A stretch of 56,697 bases of DNA, taken from sequence record PZ513998.1. The stretch is one strand, 5' to 3'. Source of the DNA: a phage. Of the stretch, positions 18,478 through 27,816 are shown one piece after another. Both the position numbers and the translations under genes were made by a program. Numbering within the stretch: position 1 is the first letter of the stretch; every line of letters starts with the position of its first letter. The notes beneath the pieces are model-generated. The model was not told the origin of the DNA. It saw nothing but the letters and a program-made list of their open reading frames with translations, and did no database searches.

Positions 18478-19218
18478 ATGACTTTCATTTCTAACGTTGT
18501 AACCGATAACAGCCCTTTTGATATGCCCGAAAGTGTTCGTAATTATATTTTGACAGTTAACCCTCGCGCCAAGGTGGGCGATGTTAAAACATTATCGGGG
18601 GCGATAGCATTAATTGCGGATTTCGATAAATTCATTCCACTAGCACGTTACCTATTTGAGAGCGTCGAGGTGAGCGTGTTCGATCATGGTGCGAGCTGTC
18701 ATATGGCCAATGATGCGGACTTATCCGCACGAACTATCGCCGTAATGAAAGCGCTGGGGTTCTCTTTAGACCTTGATAAATCTCACGGAGCGACAACATT
18801 TGCGAAAACAATCGACGGGAAAGAATTAAAAGCCATATTTTTTAGCCGTGGCGAAGAAGCCGAAGGTTGGGACATAACTTTCACGATCGGCGGGTGTGTG
18901 ACGCTTAAACGTAACGCGGTTAGCGATTTAGACGCCTTGATCTTGGCGTCACTCCCTGAAAGTTTCGACACAATGCGCCCACTGTTAGACGGCCTGTCAA
19001 GCCTTGGTTTCGAAGTGAACAACGAAGCATCAGTTGACGGGCTTACAGTGTTCTACTGCGAAGACGACGGGCGAGAAATCCACGTGAAAGATGGCGACGT
19101 GTTCGGGCATTTTTTCGCGGTCTACTTCGTTGATGGTAAAGACGTTGCGATACGCGCGAATCGTCCGGCCGAAATTATTGTTCGTGACGCCTCAGAATCG
19201 TGGACGTGGGAGGGTTAA
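18478..19218 (+). CDS. hypothetical protein
   Basis: 246-aa ORF. Confidence 0.3.
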   Translation: MTFISNVVTDNSPFDMPESVRNYILTVNPRAKVGDVKTLSGAIALIADFDKFIPLARYLFESVEVSVFDHGASCHMANDADLSARTIAVMKALGFSLDLDKSHGATTFAKTIDGKELKAIFFSRGEEAEGWDITFTIGGCVTLKRNAVSDLDALILASLPESFDTMRPLLDGLSSLGFEVNNEASVDGLTVFYCEDDGREIHVKDGDVFGHFFAVYFVDGKDVAIRANRPAEIIVRDASESWTWEG

Positions 19219-19285
19219 GTGAGTAATATAATACTACCGCTTTCAGGTGTCAACAAGTTTTTTATAAATATTTTAGGCAATAAAA

Positions 19286-19327
19286 AACCTCTTACCGTGG
19301 CACCGAATAAGAGGTTTTAGTTGTTTT
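19286..19327 (+). terminator. intrinsic terminator-like hairpin (AACCTCTTA / TAAGAGGTT stem, 13-nt loop) followed by a T-rich run
   Basis: perfect 9-bp inverted repeat at 19286-19294 and 19308-19316, then TTTTAGTTGTTTTC; lies just after ORF 18478-19218. Confidence 0.5.
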
Positions 19328-19404
19328 CATGTTTTCAAATCAAGGCTATATTAACGGATATTTTTCAACTTGTAAACAATAAATTTCTCAGCGGAAAAGA
19401 AAAA

Positions 19405-19422
19405 AGCCCGCATATACGGGCT
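19405..19422 (-). terminator. hairpin AGCCCG-CATATA-CGGGCT preceded by an A-run (terminator-like on the minus strand)
   Basis: 6-bp stem, 6-nt loop; AAAAGAAAAA immediately upstream on +, i.e. a T-run after the hairpin on the minus strand. Confidence 0.35.
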
Positions 19423-19425
19423 TAA

Positions 19426-19995
19426 ATGGCAGAATTAGCATACACTAAAGCGTCTATCTTCCAATCTATCGTTGATGATGTTAGTACGGGTCTACCTAAA
19501 GGAACTTCATTAGATACCCGCGGAGATTTCGAAAATCAATTACGCGACCTTTTCGAAGAAAATAATCTTATGAATGCGCCGGAATGTATCAGCGTCGACT
19601 ACTTCGGGGAAGCATGGGAGATCGTCCAGTCTAGCGAGTTTGATTCTGTTGAGCTAGAAACGCCTTTAGATTTCAGCGGGTGCAAAAGTTCATTAAAATG
19701 TTTGATGATGGAAGCTAACGCATTAATAAGCGCGTCTTGGCGTGAACAAGTGGAAGCCTACATCGAAGAACTGGCCGAAGCACTGGAAGAAGTTGTCGAG
19801 GGTTGCGAGGAGTTCGGAACAATCGACGAACTGGTAATCACTGGCGGGTGCCGTTTCGGTCACATTCCACACCTAAGAGAGTTCGATGCTGGCGACTTTT
19901 CTGTGTGCATGTGGGCGCCGAACGAAGCCGGAGAGTCTGAAATTTATTATAATTTCCGAGGTCTGGAACTGCGCGGGGTTGTATATCATGGGTAA
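19426..19995 (+). CDS. hypothetical acidic protein
   Basis: 189-aa ORF. Confidence 0.3.
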   Translation: MAELAYTKASIFQSIVDDVSTGLPKGTSLDTRGDFENQLRDLFEENNLMNAPECISVDYFGEAWEIVQSSEFDSVELETPLDFSGCKSSLKCLMMEANALISASWREQVEAYIEELAEALEEVVEGCEEFGTIDELVITGGCRFGHIPHLREFDAGDFSVCMWAPNEAGESEIYYNFRGLELRGVVYHG

Positions 19996-20373
19996 GTGGA
20001 CGGTGTGACATACTTTTCATCAGTTCCTAAAGATACCAATTCACGCCGGGCGAGATCCCGGCTTTCTTCGTTCTTGAGTCCGCACGAAAAAGAGTTACAA
20101 CTATCTACGCACGACATACAGACTATTTTAAACCTAGCTAATGCGTTTTACTTCCGAGCTGATCCGGAGAGTAAACCGGCTTACTCAGACAACAAAACTA
20201 TTGTAAGCCTTCGCATATCCGGAATAGTCGAAGATGATCGGGGCTGGCTCATTATCCGCCGGCATTTCCTTAATTCTGGTCAGTGCTGGAAGACGTTGCA
20301 CTTAGAGGTTATTTTTACCCACATAGAAAATCTGACCTTATGTGAGTGTAAAATTCCCTATTTCCCCGATTGA
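19996..20373 (+). CDS. hypothetical protein
   Basis: 125-aa ORF, GTG start. Confidence 0.25.
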   Translation: MDGVTYFSSVPKDTNSRRARSRLSSFLSPHEKELQLSTHDIQTILNLANAFYFRADPESKPAYSDNKTIVSLRISGIVEDDRGWLIIRRHFLNSGQCWKTLHLEVIFTHIENLTLCECKIPYFPD

Positions 20374-20565
20374 ATGATGAAGAATAAAATCACATTAAAC
20401 AGCGGTATGATTTTAATCGCTGACGACGAAAAAGTTACGGTAAACGCAGACGGTTCGCTATTCTGTCCGGCGTGGGATATGCGCTTTATGTTAACTCGTA
20501 ACATTTCATATAATCGAACGGTTACACATCGAGAGGTGAAAAGTTTTGAGCGATTATACAGTTGA
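20374..20565 (+). CDS. hypothetical protein
   Basis: 63-aa ORF. Confidence 0.2.
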   Translation: MMKNKITLNSGMILIADDEKVTVNADGSLFCPAWDMRFMLTRNISYNRTVTHREVKSFERLYS

Positions 20566-20808
20566 ATGGCTAAGAAATTAAATAATTTAGAGGCTCGCGG
20601 GGCGTTTGGTTTTGTCGTCGCGTCTCTTTGTGCGGTAGGGTTCGCGGGGGCGGTGGGAACTTTGGCCGTATATGGTGATCTAACCGTCGCGCGTTTCTGT
20701 CTTTATGGGGTAGCGTTTGGGGTGGTCGGCGGGATTGCGTGGCCTGATCAGGAGAGCGGGGAGGCGTTTATATCTGCGATACGTGGGGGCGGTAATGATG
20801 AAGAATAA
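20566..20808 (+). CDS. hypothetical small membrane protein
   Basis: 80 aa; Gly/Ala-rich hydrophobic helices (FGFVVASLCAVGFAGAVGTLAVYG, VAFGVVGGIAW). Confidence 0.25.
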   Translation: MAKKLNNLEARGAFGFVVASLCAVGFAGAVGTLAVYGDLTVARFCLYGVAFGVVGGIAWPDQESGEAFISAIRGGGNDEE

Positions 20809-21135
20809 ATGAGCAAACAAATTCCTTTCGATCTTTTCCGTTCTGCGCATCGTCTGACTGTCACAGGGATCGAGGCGAACTATGAGCAATATGTCGTTCT
20901 CTCCCATAAAGCCGACGCGGATTATCTGGAAAAGTTCATCGATAACTTATTGAATGATTTCCCTTTCCCTGTTGCGATATCAGAAGAAAGAGTGAGTAGC
21001 CCGTCTTCTGTAATTATCCGGTCGGGCTTGATGGTGTCCGAGATTAAAAAGGATATAAAAAGCGGTAAGGTGGCTAATATGTATTTATCGGAGCCGGTTC
21101 GAACTCGCAACGATAATATTATTATTCACCCGTAA
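20809..21135 (+). CDS. hypothetical protein
   Basis: 108-aa ORF. Confidence 0.25.
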   Translation: MSKQIPFDLFRSAHRLTVTGIEANYEQYVVLSHKADADYLEKFIDNLLNDFPFPVAISEERVSSPSSVIIRSGLMVSEIKKDIKSGKVANMYLSEPVRTRNDNIIIHP

Positions 21136-21204
21136 ATGTATGTACGGGCGCACCGGTGGGCGCGTTTCCTTTGTTCCGTCAGAATTTTTATAGATAAAAA
21201 CTTG

Positions 21205-21233
21205 TTGACACCGGCCCGAGGTGTTGCTAATAT
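21205..21233 (+). promoter_or_regulatory. sigma70-like promoter candidate (TTGACA - 17 nt - TAATAT)
   Basis: consensus -35 TTGACA at 21205-21210, 17-nt spacer, -10 TAATAT at 21228-21233. Confidence 0.45.
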
Positions 21234-21262
21234 TCTCAGCACACAAACAAACTGATTGTACT

Positions 21263-21450
21263 TATCTACAAAAATTTCGGGCTTACTTCAAAAACCTCGC
21301 GGGCCGATGATTTTCTGTGACGATTTAAAAACTTTTCCGGCCGGCTTACTTCAAAAACCTCGCGGGCTGAAAAAATTCCCGTGAGTGAGAAATAAAAACC
21401 GGCCAATGGATTTATCTACAAAAATTAGAACCTTACTTCAAAAACCTCGC
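21263..21450 (+). repeat. three direct copies of a 19-bp motif CTTACTTCAAAAACCTCGC plus two copies of TTATCTACAAAAATT
   Basis: 19-mer at 21282-21300, 21345-21363, 21432-21450; TTATCTACAAAAATT at 21263-21277 and 21412-21426. Confidence 0.85.
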
Positions 21451-21474
21451 CGGTTGACGGAAATCCTCGGGTAA

Positions 21475-21906
21475 ATGATCGAGTCAGAAGATATTATTTT
21501 CGTAAACGGCGACAAACCTAAAATCGATAACTCGCCAGCGCTAGAAAGACGCAACACGGTTAGTGTAGAACTAGAACGAGAGTTAACCGCAGCGTCTTCG
21601 ATTCCGGACAAACTTACAGTAGTACCAACAAAAGGGAGACCAACCAGCATGGTAGGTATGATCGTATCGTTAGATGTCGGAGACGTGTTCACTAAATCCG
21701 AGTTTATTCTTGAAGTTTCAGGTCTCGACGCCATGAGCGAGAGCGTAGACCTGACTACACGAAAAGAAAAACTCAGACAAAGCGTAAAAGCGTCTATGAC
21801 ACACGCTAAAAAGAAAACTAAGGGCGAATATACTTTAGAAACGCACCACTTTATTACGCCGTTGGGTCGCCTTTACATTCAAGTTTTAGTGACCCGTATT
21901 TCCTGA
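21475..21906 (+). CDS. hypothetical protein
   Basis: 143-aa ORF. Confidence 0.3.
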   Translation: MIESEDIIFVNGDKPKIDNSPALERRNTVSVELERELTAASSIPDKLTVVPTKGRPTSMVGMIVSLDVGDVFTKSEFILEVSGLDAMSESVDLTTRKEKLRQSVKASMTHAKKKTKGEYTLETHHFITPLGRLYIQVLVTRIS

Positions 21907-22218
21907 ATGGAACGCAACGACAATTTAGAGCACACCACCCCCGCAGACCCGGATACGCAAATCGTCAAGTTGTTAGAGGGGAACCCGGATCTTTTAAAGC
22001 ACTTTTATAAACTTTCCGCATTAGCGGGAAACGTGGGGGAGATGGAACGCTCTTTCGAAGAACGAGTTGACGCCGTGTTTAAAGTAGGTATCCGCCTAGT
22101 CATGGTCGCGAGCAACCGGAAAAACCTTATCGTAACCGATGACGATGTGGCAAAGGCGGAGAACTCAACACTGGAAGTTAGCGAAAATAACGGCAATGTT
22201 AAATATATGATCAAGTAG
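21907..22218 (+). CDS. hypothetical protein
   Basis: 103-aa ORF. Confidence 0.3.
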   Translation: MERNDNLEHTTPADPDTQIVKLLEGNPDLLKHFYKLSALAGNVGEMERSFEERVDAVFKVGIRLVMVASNRKNLIVTDDDVAKAENSTLEVSENNGNVKYMIK

Positions 22219-22539
22219 ATGAAAAATTCAAACGTAGCACTCGCCATTGATTCCGTTTTGGTAAAAAAGAAAATTGATATTATCCCGGTTTTTAAATCGT
22301 TAGAGGAAGAATATCAAATGCGGATACAAGCGTCGTGGTCAGGCATCACCGCGCACACGCCAGAACGACGCATCTACACCCACGGCCACCCGACTACTAA
22401 GATGGCAACAACACCGGAACAACGTACAACGTATCGCCTCCGTCTATTGAAATTCCTACGGTGGCTCTACGCGAACAACTACACAACGGGGCCACTGTTA
22501 GAAATCAAATCGTGGCTAGAGGAGCAAGAGGAATGGTAA
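22219..22539 (+). CDS. hypothetical protein
   Basis: 106-aa ORF. Confidence 0.3.
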   Translation: MKNSNVALAIDSVLVKKKIDIIPVFKSLEEEYQMRIQASWSGITAHTPERRIYTHGHPTTKMATTPEQRTTYRLRLLKFLRWLYANNYTTGPLLEIKSWLEEQEEW

Positions 22540-22887
22540 ATGGTAAAGGTCTTATACAACAGCGAACAAGCGCAAGTAAACCAGTTGCGAGACCAGATTA
22601 AATCGCACACTGAGTCGTTTGAAACAGCGATGGCCGAAGTCGACCAGATCATTAAAGAAAATATCGAGACATACCTAAACGATATATCCGGGTTAATGAT
22701 GTCGATAGTTAGAGTGTATGACAACGCGGAGATTGAGGACAAAGCGGTGGCCTTAGATCTTGTTCACTCTAAAGCGGTAACTCGTTTAGCTGCTATCGAA
22801 GATAAGAGCATAGAACTACGCGCCCATATTGAAAACTTAGTATCCACCATTAAAACCGGAGTGATTAAAAACAATGAAACCATTTGA
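22540..22887 (+). CDS. hypothetical protein
   Basis: 115-aa ORF, predicted helical. Confidence 0.3.
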   Translation: MVKVLYNSEQAQVNQLRDQIKSHTESFETAMAEVDQIIKENIETYLNDISGLMMSIVRVYDNAEIEDKAVALDLVHSKAVTRLAAIEDKSIELRAHIENLVSTIKTGVIKNNETI

Positions 22888-23976
22888 ATGAAACCATTTG
22901 ATAAATTTATTGCTTTTGCAATATCTGAACCAGCAGACCCTAACAATACGACTTCGTTTTCCGCATTAGCTAACGGGACAGAAGACCAACTAAAACAACT
23001 AGGCCGAGAACTAGAAACAAGCCTGAGAAACTTACCGATCGGAGACCCAAGCGCTATGCAGTGGACGCGCCACGGTTTTGCTAAACCCGACGAGAACGCC
23101 GAACCGATCACCGTTGTAGATGAAGTCCTAGGGGACATGGAAGACACACCATACGTTATGATAGACGAAGCGGGTAAATATCTTGTGTTCACTTTCGAAG
23201 AACGTGCTCGAATGCTAAGCCCGACAACGATCAAGGACGAATTAGAGGTTAAAGTAAAAGATTGGATAGAACGAGTTGGTGACACCCCGACAAAACGTGA
23301 ACGTAATGATATGCGCGATGAAATCATCAATGACTTGTTGCCAAAGGCCACAATAAAGCGCACCAAGACATACGCCATGATCATCAAGGGTGTTCTTATT
23401 GTCTTCGCCGGTAGCAATAACATCGGTGAAAAAGTAGCATCGGCCGTAAGAAAGGTAGTAGGGTCTCTCCCAGTAGTACCATGGTTTGAGCATTCGGCCC
23501 TCATTACGGAGTTTCTAAAGAAAATCGCTACGGTAGACTTTGACCCGGAAGATGCAGTAGGCCAAGCGCTAGATAAATTTGAGATTGTCCGTAGTGCTAA
23601 AGTCTCCGCTGAAACCGGTGCGTACACTTTCAAAGATGTTTTTGACATCACGAATGACGTTTCCTTCAAAGAAGCGCTAGGACAAACTAACGGATACTCA
23701 TACCCTCTCGGGATCACCGAAGCGAATTTAGAATTACGACATGACGCCACAGACAGCCCTATCGGTTTTGTTCTTACGGCCAAAGGCGTTTTAAAGAGCG
23801 TAAATTGGAATGACGAGCCGGAAAATATTTTCGACGACTCAGTGTTTGACACGAACGAGGAACGGGAGCGTGCTCGATTTATTTTCTCTACGTGGGACGC
23901 TTACACCTTAGTTACGGCCGTGCTAGGAGCGCTACACAACGCAAACGCAAACCGATTTGTAGAAGACGATATGTAA
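22888..23976 (+). CDS. RdgC-like recombination-associated protein
   Basis: 362 aa; segment KRERNDMRDEIINDLLPKA...AVRKVVGSLPVVPWFEHS matches the RdgC core (…LKDEVLHSLLPRAF…LLRKSLGSLPVVPLSMEN). Confidence 0.6.
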   Translation: MKPFDKFIAFAISEPADPNNTTSFSALANGTEDQLKQLGRELETSLRNLPIGDPSAMQWTRHGFAKPDENAEPITVVDEVLGDMEDTPYVMIDEAGKYLVFTFEERARMLSPTTIKDELEVKVKDWIERVGDTPTKRERNDMRDEIINDLLPKATIKRTKTYAMIIKGVLIVFAGSNNIGEKVASAVRKVVGSLPVVPWFEHSALITEFLKKIATVDFDPEDAVGQALDKFEIVRSAKVSAETGAYTFKDVFDITNDVSFKEALGQTNGYSYPLGITEANLELRHDATDSPIGFVLTAKGVLKSVNWNDEPENIFDDSVFDTNEERERARFIFSTWDAYTLVTAVLGALHNANANRFVEDDM

Positions 23977-24177
23977 ATGAATACAGAACGTAAAAAACTG
24001 GCGTCTAACCTGACAAGACTAAAAGTCGGAGAGTCTTTCTTCGTAGAATGTCTTCCGAAAGACCTAGCCCACGTTCGACGCCTAGCTTATAAGCTGAATA
24101 TTAAGTTATCCATGGTTCGTGTCGATGTCGACCCGATCTACGGTACATTGGGGACGAGGATATCTCGCGTCAAGTAA
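23977..24177 (+). CDS. hypothetical protein
   Basis: 66-aa ORF. Confidence 0.25.
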   Translation: MNTERKKLASNLTRLKVGESFFVECLPKDLAHVRRLAYKLNIKLSMVRVDVDPIYGTLGTRISRVK

Positions 24178-24996
24178 ATGATTAAACTTATGCACTATGC
24201 GGATTACGACTACCGCGACCCAAGTAAACATGAACACCGAATATTCCCGGTTCCGGCCGGAATTAGAGTCGGGGTGATCATTAAACGCGTTAAGTCCATC
24301 GCGAACCCAACAAAGATTGAGGTGTGGCAATACGACGAAAAAGGTAACGCGATTACTGACCTTACCGGCTTCGCCCCACACATCGAGGAAATATGTTTAA
24401 AAGCGTACCAATGGCTTACAGAACATACATTATCTCTATCCGGGATCTCTGATACTGAGTCCGATGCGTATGACTCCGGGATCGTAATCGATGGGTATTT
24501 CCAAGATATCCGTCCCAACTATGGAACGGCCGACGAGACATTAGACCAGTTGGAAGAATGGTTATTAGATGAATTCGAGACGACGGACGAAACTAAAACC
24601 ATATTTCAATATCTGGCCGTTACGACCTACGAGTCAGCGCTTCGCGGTAAAGACGGTAAAGACATTCATCTACGCCGTTCTAACCTACGCCATGCGTTGT
24701 GCGCATCGAACAATGCTGACCACACCCGAGCAAATATCTCTGTCTCGGATAATGTGCCACGTTTTACCGTGTGGCCGATGTCTATGTCACCTCGTTCTTG
24801 GGATATGAGCAAGCCCGGCCCGAACGCTTGGGACTCCATGGCGGGCGTCGCAGCACCAAGAGGTCAACAATTCGAAGACCAGTTAAATACATGCTTTGAG
24901 CGCGGTTTTATCGGCGGGCTAGATATGCGAGCGTTTCACGGCTGGAATACAAGAGTTACCGCGTACCAGTTTATTACTGAGGACGCAACGTTATGA
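24178..24996 (+). CDS. hypothetical protein
   Basis: 272-aa ORF. Confidence 0.3.
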   Translation: MIKLMHYADYDYRDPSKHEHRIFPVPAGIRVGVIIKRVKSIANPTKIEVWQYDEKGNAITDLTGFAPHIEEICLKAYQWLTEHTLSLSGISDTESDAYDSGIVIDGYFQDIRPNYGTADETLDQLEEWLLDEFETTDETKTIFQYLAVTTYESALRGKDGKDIHLRRSNLRHALCASNNADHTRANISVSDNVPRFTVWPMSMSPRSWDMSKPGPNAWDSMAGVAAPRGQQFEDQLNTCFERGFIGGLDMRAFHGWNTRVTAYQFITEDATL

Positions 24997-25764
24997 ATGA
25001 TTGACGGGGAATTGGATATTATGGCACTACCACAGATTAAAGACTTTGCCGGATACGATGGCCCGTTAGACCACCCGATCATTATGCCTGTTCCGTCCCT
25101 CATGAGGGCGGAAGTCTATGTATCCCACGATTTAAAGGATATAGAAATCAACGGCGTTTTTCGCGACGGAACCTATTCTGCGTCGAGATGGACGGGGTTA
25201 TGCCCGGAATTAGAAGAACAATTTTTATTCCTAGCGGAGTTGTTGAAAGACGACTTTAAGGAAAAATGTATCCTCCCATTTAGAGTTGGTCGAGACAAGT
25301 CCGAACTACGGGAAGTCGATAGATTTATCCCGGGGATCACCGGAAACATCGGTTTTGAAGTGTATTTACATGACACCGGGGATTTCGGCACCAAGTATAC
25401 TCAGAAATACTTAGCCAACAGTAAGATGACGGGAGAGAAAGACGACGGCGGGCTAGTATCCGCCTCGATCGTGAGCGCTTACGGGTTCGGGGAACTAACG
25501 CCAGTTTCGCGCGAGGTAATAGACGTTGTGCGGATTTACGAAAGACGTTATCAGATTAGCCACCGACTCAACCTCATGGACGACGAGGGGTATTTGCTGT
25601 CATTAGCTCCCGGAGAACTGAAACGCGTTGACGCGGTACGAACTGCTGAATTCTATTTCGAACAAGGATACCCCAACGTGATTATTCTCAATTCCGGACG
25701 TCCGTACAACTCCGACGCTACCGGACAAATGTATTACTATTCACCGGAGACATACGACTTATGA
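24997..25764 (+). CDS. hypothetical protein
   Basis: 255-aa ORF. Confidence 0.3.
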   Translation: MIDGELDIMALPQIKDFAGYDGPLDHPIIMPVPSLMRAEVYVSHDLKDIEINGVFRDGTYSASRWTGLCPELEEQFLFLAELLKDDFKEKCILPFRVGRDKSELREVDRFIPGITGNIGFEVYLHDTGDFGTKYTQKYLANSKMTGEKDDGGLVSASIVSAYGFGELTPVSREVIDVVRIYERRYQISHRLNLMDDEGYLLSLAPGELKRVDAVRTAEFYFEQGYPNVIILNSGRPYNSDATGQMYYYSPETYDL

Positions 25765-26211
25765 ATGACCGAGCACAAGAAATTAACCCGCGTGTACGGC
25801 GCTAACCTTTGTACTTTTTGCGGTAGAGCATGGGAAGACGGAGAAGAAATCCCCGATTGCGTTGCGCCCCAAGAGGAGGTTCAAAAAACACGCAAGAAAT
25901 TTTTCCGGGCATACTTCCCGGCGCCAACCCACTTTACCGCATGGTTGTTATATGGGAATAACGGTAAAGCGATGGTCGCCTATGCGGATCATCGGGAGGT
26001 GGCTTTACGCATCGGGTATTATTGGACGAGAAACAGAAAAGATATTGTAAAGGTAGAAGAATCGGCGGAGCTAACCCGTTTTGCTGTTTGGCAATCCGTA
26101 CCCTATATTGAGATTAATCCGGTAATTATTAATAAACTAAACCAGTTAAGCAAAAAAGGGGATAACATAATAATATCTCCCGCTAATTTTAAAAAGGCCA
26201 TTTATGACTAA
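25765..26211 (+). CDS. hypothetical protein
   Basis: 148-aa ORF. Confidence 0.3.
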   Translation: MTEHKKLTRVYGANLCTFCGRAWEDGEEIPDCVAPQEEVQKTRKKFFRAYFPAPTHFTAWLLYGNNGKAMVAYADHREVALRIGYYWTRNRKDIVKVEESAELTRFAVWQSVPYIEINPVIINKLNQLSKKGDNIIISPANFKKAIYD

Positions 26212-26844
26212 ATGACTAAGTTAGATGAAGTACGCAAATTATCATACTCGTTCAAACTGCCCGAAGATGTCCGAGAGGGAACCTATGTAGTTTTACGCTT
26301 CGAATCTGAGGTAGGAAAGTGGTATCAGAACGCAAATATTGTTAGCTATATGCTCGGTGTTATCAGCCACACTACTAAGACACAATTCCAAGTTTCTTGT
26401 GAGGGTTTATCCTCCCCGATGCGTTTCGGGCGCGATGGCGGTATCCGCGCAGACAGCAAGGGACAAGTTGGTGGCGCACTAAGAACGTCAGTATTCCTTG
26501 CCGGTAGTGCAGATACCGCAGAAGAATACATCAAGGGCCAAGTAGAACAACACAACGACCCCGAAGTAGTAAGACGCGAGCCAACGTTCCACTTAAAAAA
26601 TGCTGACGATTTGATAGGTATCATCGTCAAGCTGGACAAGCTGATAAACGATGCGACAACGCTATGGGGCGCAATACCTGAAAAATGGAAAGGCCGAGAG
26701 CAACGACGTAGCCGAAACGACCGAATACCGCATGATATGTTAGTAGCGATCTTGTGTAATCCGGACGCATCGGACATATTAGCAGACCTATTTAAGTCCA
26801 TAGCTAAAGCATTCGGAGTATCAACCAAAAAAGAGGAAGAATGA
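26212..26844 (+). CDS. hypothetical protein
   Basis: 210-aa ORF. Confidence 0.3.
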   Translation: MTKLDEVRKLSYSFKLPEDVREGTYVVLRFESEVGKWYQNANIVSYMLGVISHTTKTQFQVSCEGLSSPMRFGRDGGIRADSKGQVGGALRTSVFLAGSADTAEEYIKGQVEQHNDPEVVRREPTFHLKNADDLIGIIVKLDKLINDATTLWGAIPEKWKGREQRRSRNDRIPHDMLVAILCNPDASDILADLFKSIAKAFGVSTKKEEE

Positions 26845-27585
26845 ATGATGATCAATCCCTACGCGGTGGAATTACAGAAATTGAAAGACGCCAAGAAACA
26901 CATTCCAAAGCAGATAAAAGACCAATGGCGTACTCCGGACTGGCTTTTCTACGCGCTAAACTCTTTATACGGCCCGTTCTTGGTAGATTTGTTTTCAGAT
27001 GGACAGAATGCTAAGTGCTCCCGGTATTTCATGGCCGAGGATAATGCGCTACAACAGAACTGGAAAGAAGCACTAGAAGACGCCAAGTTTGAATTCCTTA
27101 TCGATGCAGACTGTGCGGGGTACGATGCTACTGACGATCTAAAGACGGCCAAGTGTTTTGCTAACCCGCCATACAGCCCGGCTAAGTATATCGGTAAAGG
27201 GCGTAAGAATAGAATACCGCTCTGTGGTATGCGAAATATCATGGCTAAGGCCTACGAGGAACACAAGGCCGGTTGCCCTTCATTCTGGTTGCTTAAATCC
27301 GCCACGTCAGAAGATTGGTGGCCTAACGAGACCGCAAGCCAGATAATCCACATCAAGGGTAGAATTGCTTTCGAGAAACCGGTGTGGTTTAGAGATGAGG
27401 TCGTAGACCGCGTGGAAAGTAGTGCTGCTTTCGGTGCGTCCGTTGCTATTTTTAACGGAATAAACGATATTCAAGAACCGGAAGCCTACATCAGTCGAGA
27501 TACCTTAAAATTAATAGGGGAGCCACTTGCTGAAATTAATGCGGAAAGACGCGCCGAGTGGATAGCTAGTTTCGACGATCTATAA
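26845..27585 (+). CDS. DNA N6-adenine methyltransferase (phage Dam family)
   Basis: 246 aa; N-terminal WRTPDWLF motif and catalytic NPPY (CFANPPYSP) as in phage Dam-type MTases. Confidence 0.75.
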   Translation: MMINPYAVELQKLKDAKKHIPKQIKDQWRTPDWLFYALNSLYGPFLVDLFSDGQNAKCSRYFMAEDNALQQNWKEALEDAKFEFLIDADCAGYDATDDLKTAKCFANPPYSPAKYIGKGRKNRIPLCGMRNIMAKAYEEHKAGCPSFWLLKSATSEDWWPNETASQIIHIKGRIAFEKPVWFRDEVVDRVESSAAFGASVAIFNGINDIQEPEAYISRDTLKLIGEPLAEINAERRAEWIASFDDL

Positions 27586-27816
27586 GTGGCCTCCCTATTA
27601 AAAGGTAAATCCCGTGAAAATTCTAAAGTATACATTGCTTGTGTTGATTGTGATTTCTGCGGTTGTCGGCTCATACATGGCAATACGATCAACCTCATGC
27701 GCGGAGTATGGCCAGAAGAACAAAGTTGCGACCGAATACTCATTGTACGAGGGTTGTGTGATAAAAAACTCCGGCCACCCGTAAAAAAGTTCACCTCAAG
27801 CGAGAAAAATAGTTGA
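27586..27816 (+). CDS. hypothetical protein
   Basis: 76-aa ORF, GTG start. Confidence 0.2.
   Translation: MASLLKGKSRENSKVYIACVDCDFCGCRLIHGNTINLMRGVWPEEQSCDRILIVRGLCDKKLRPPVKKFTSSEKNS

Noticed and set aside
22764-23852. 362-aa minus-strand ORF (Ser-rich)
   Set aside because: It lies entirely antisense to the RdgC-like + strand gene, which has recognisable homology; low-complexity composition typical of a shadow ORF.
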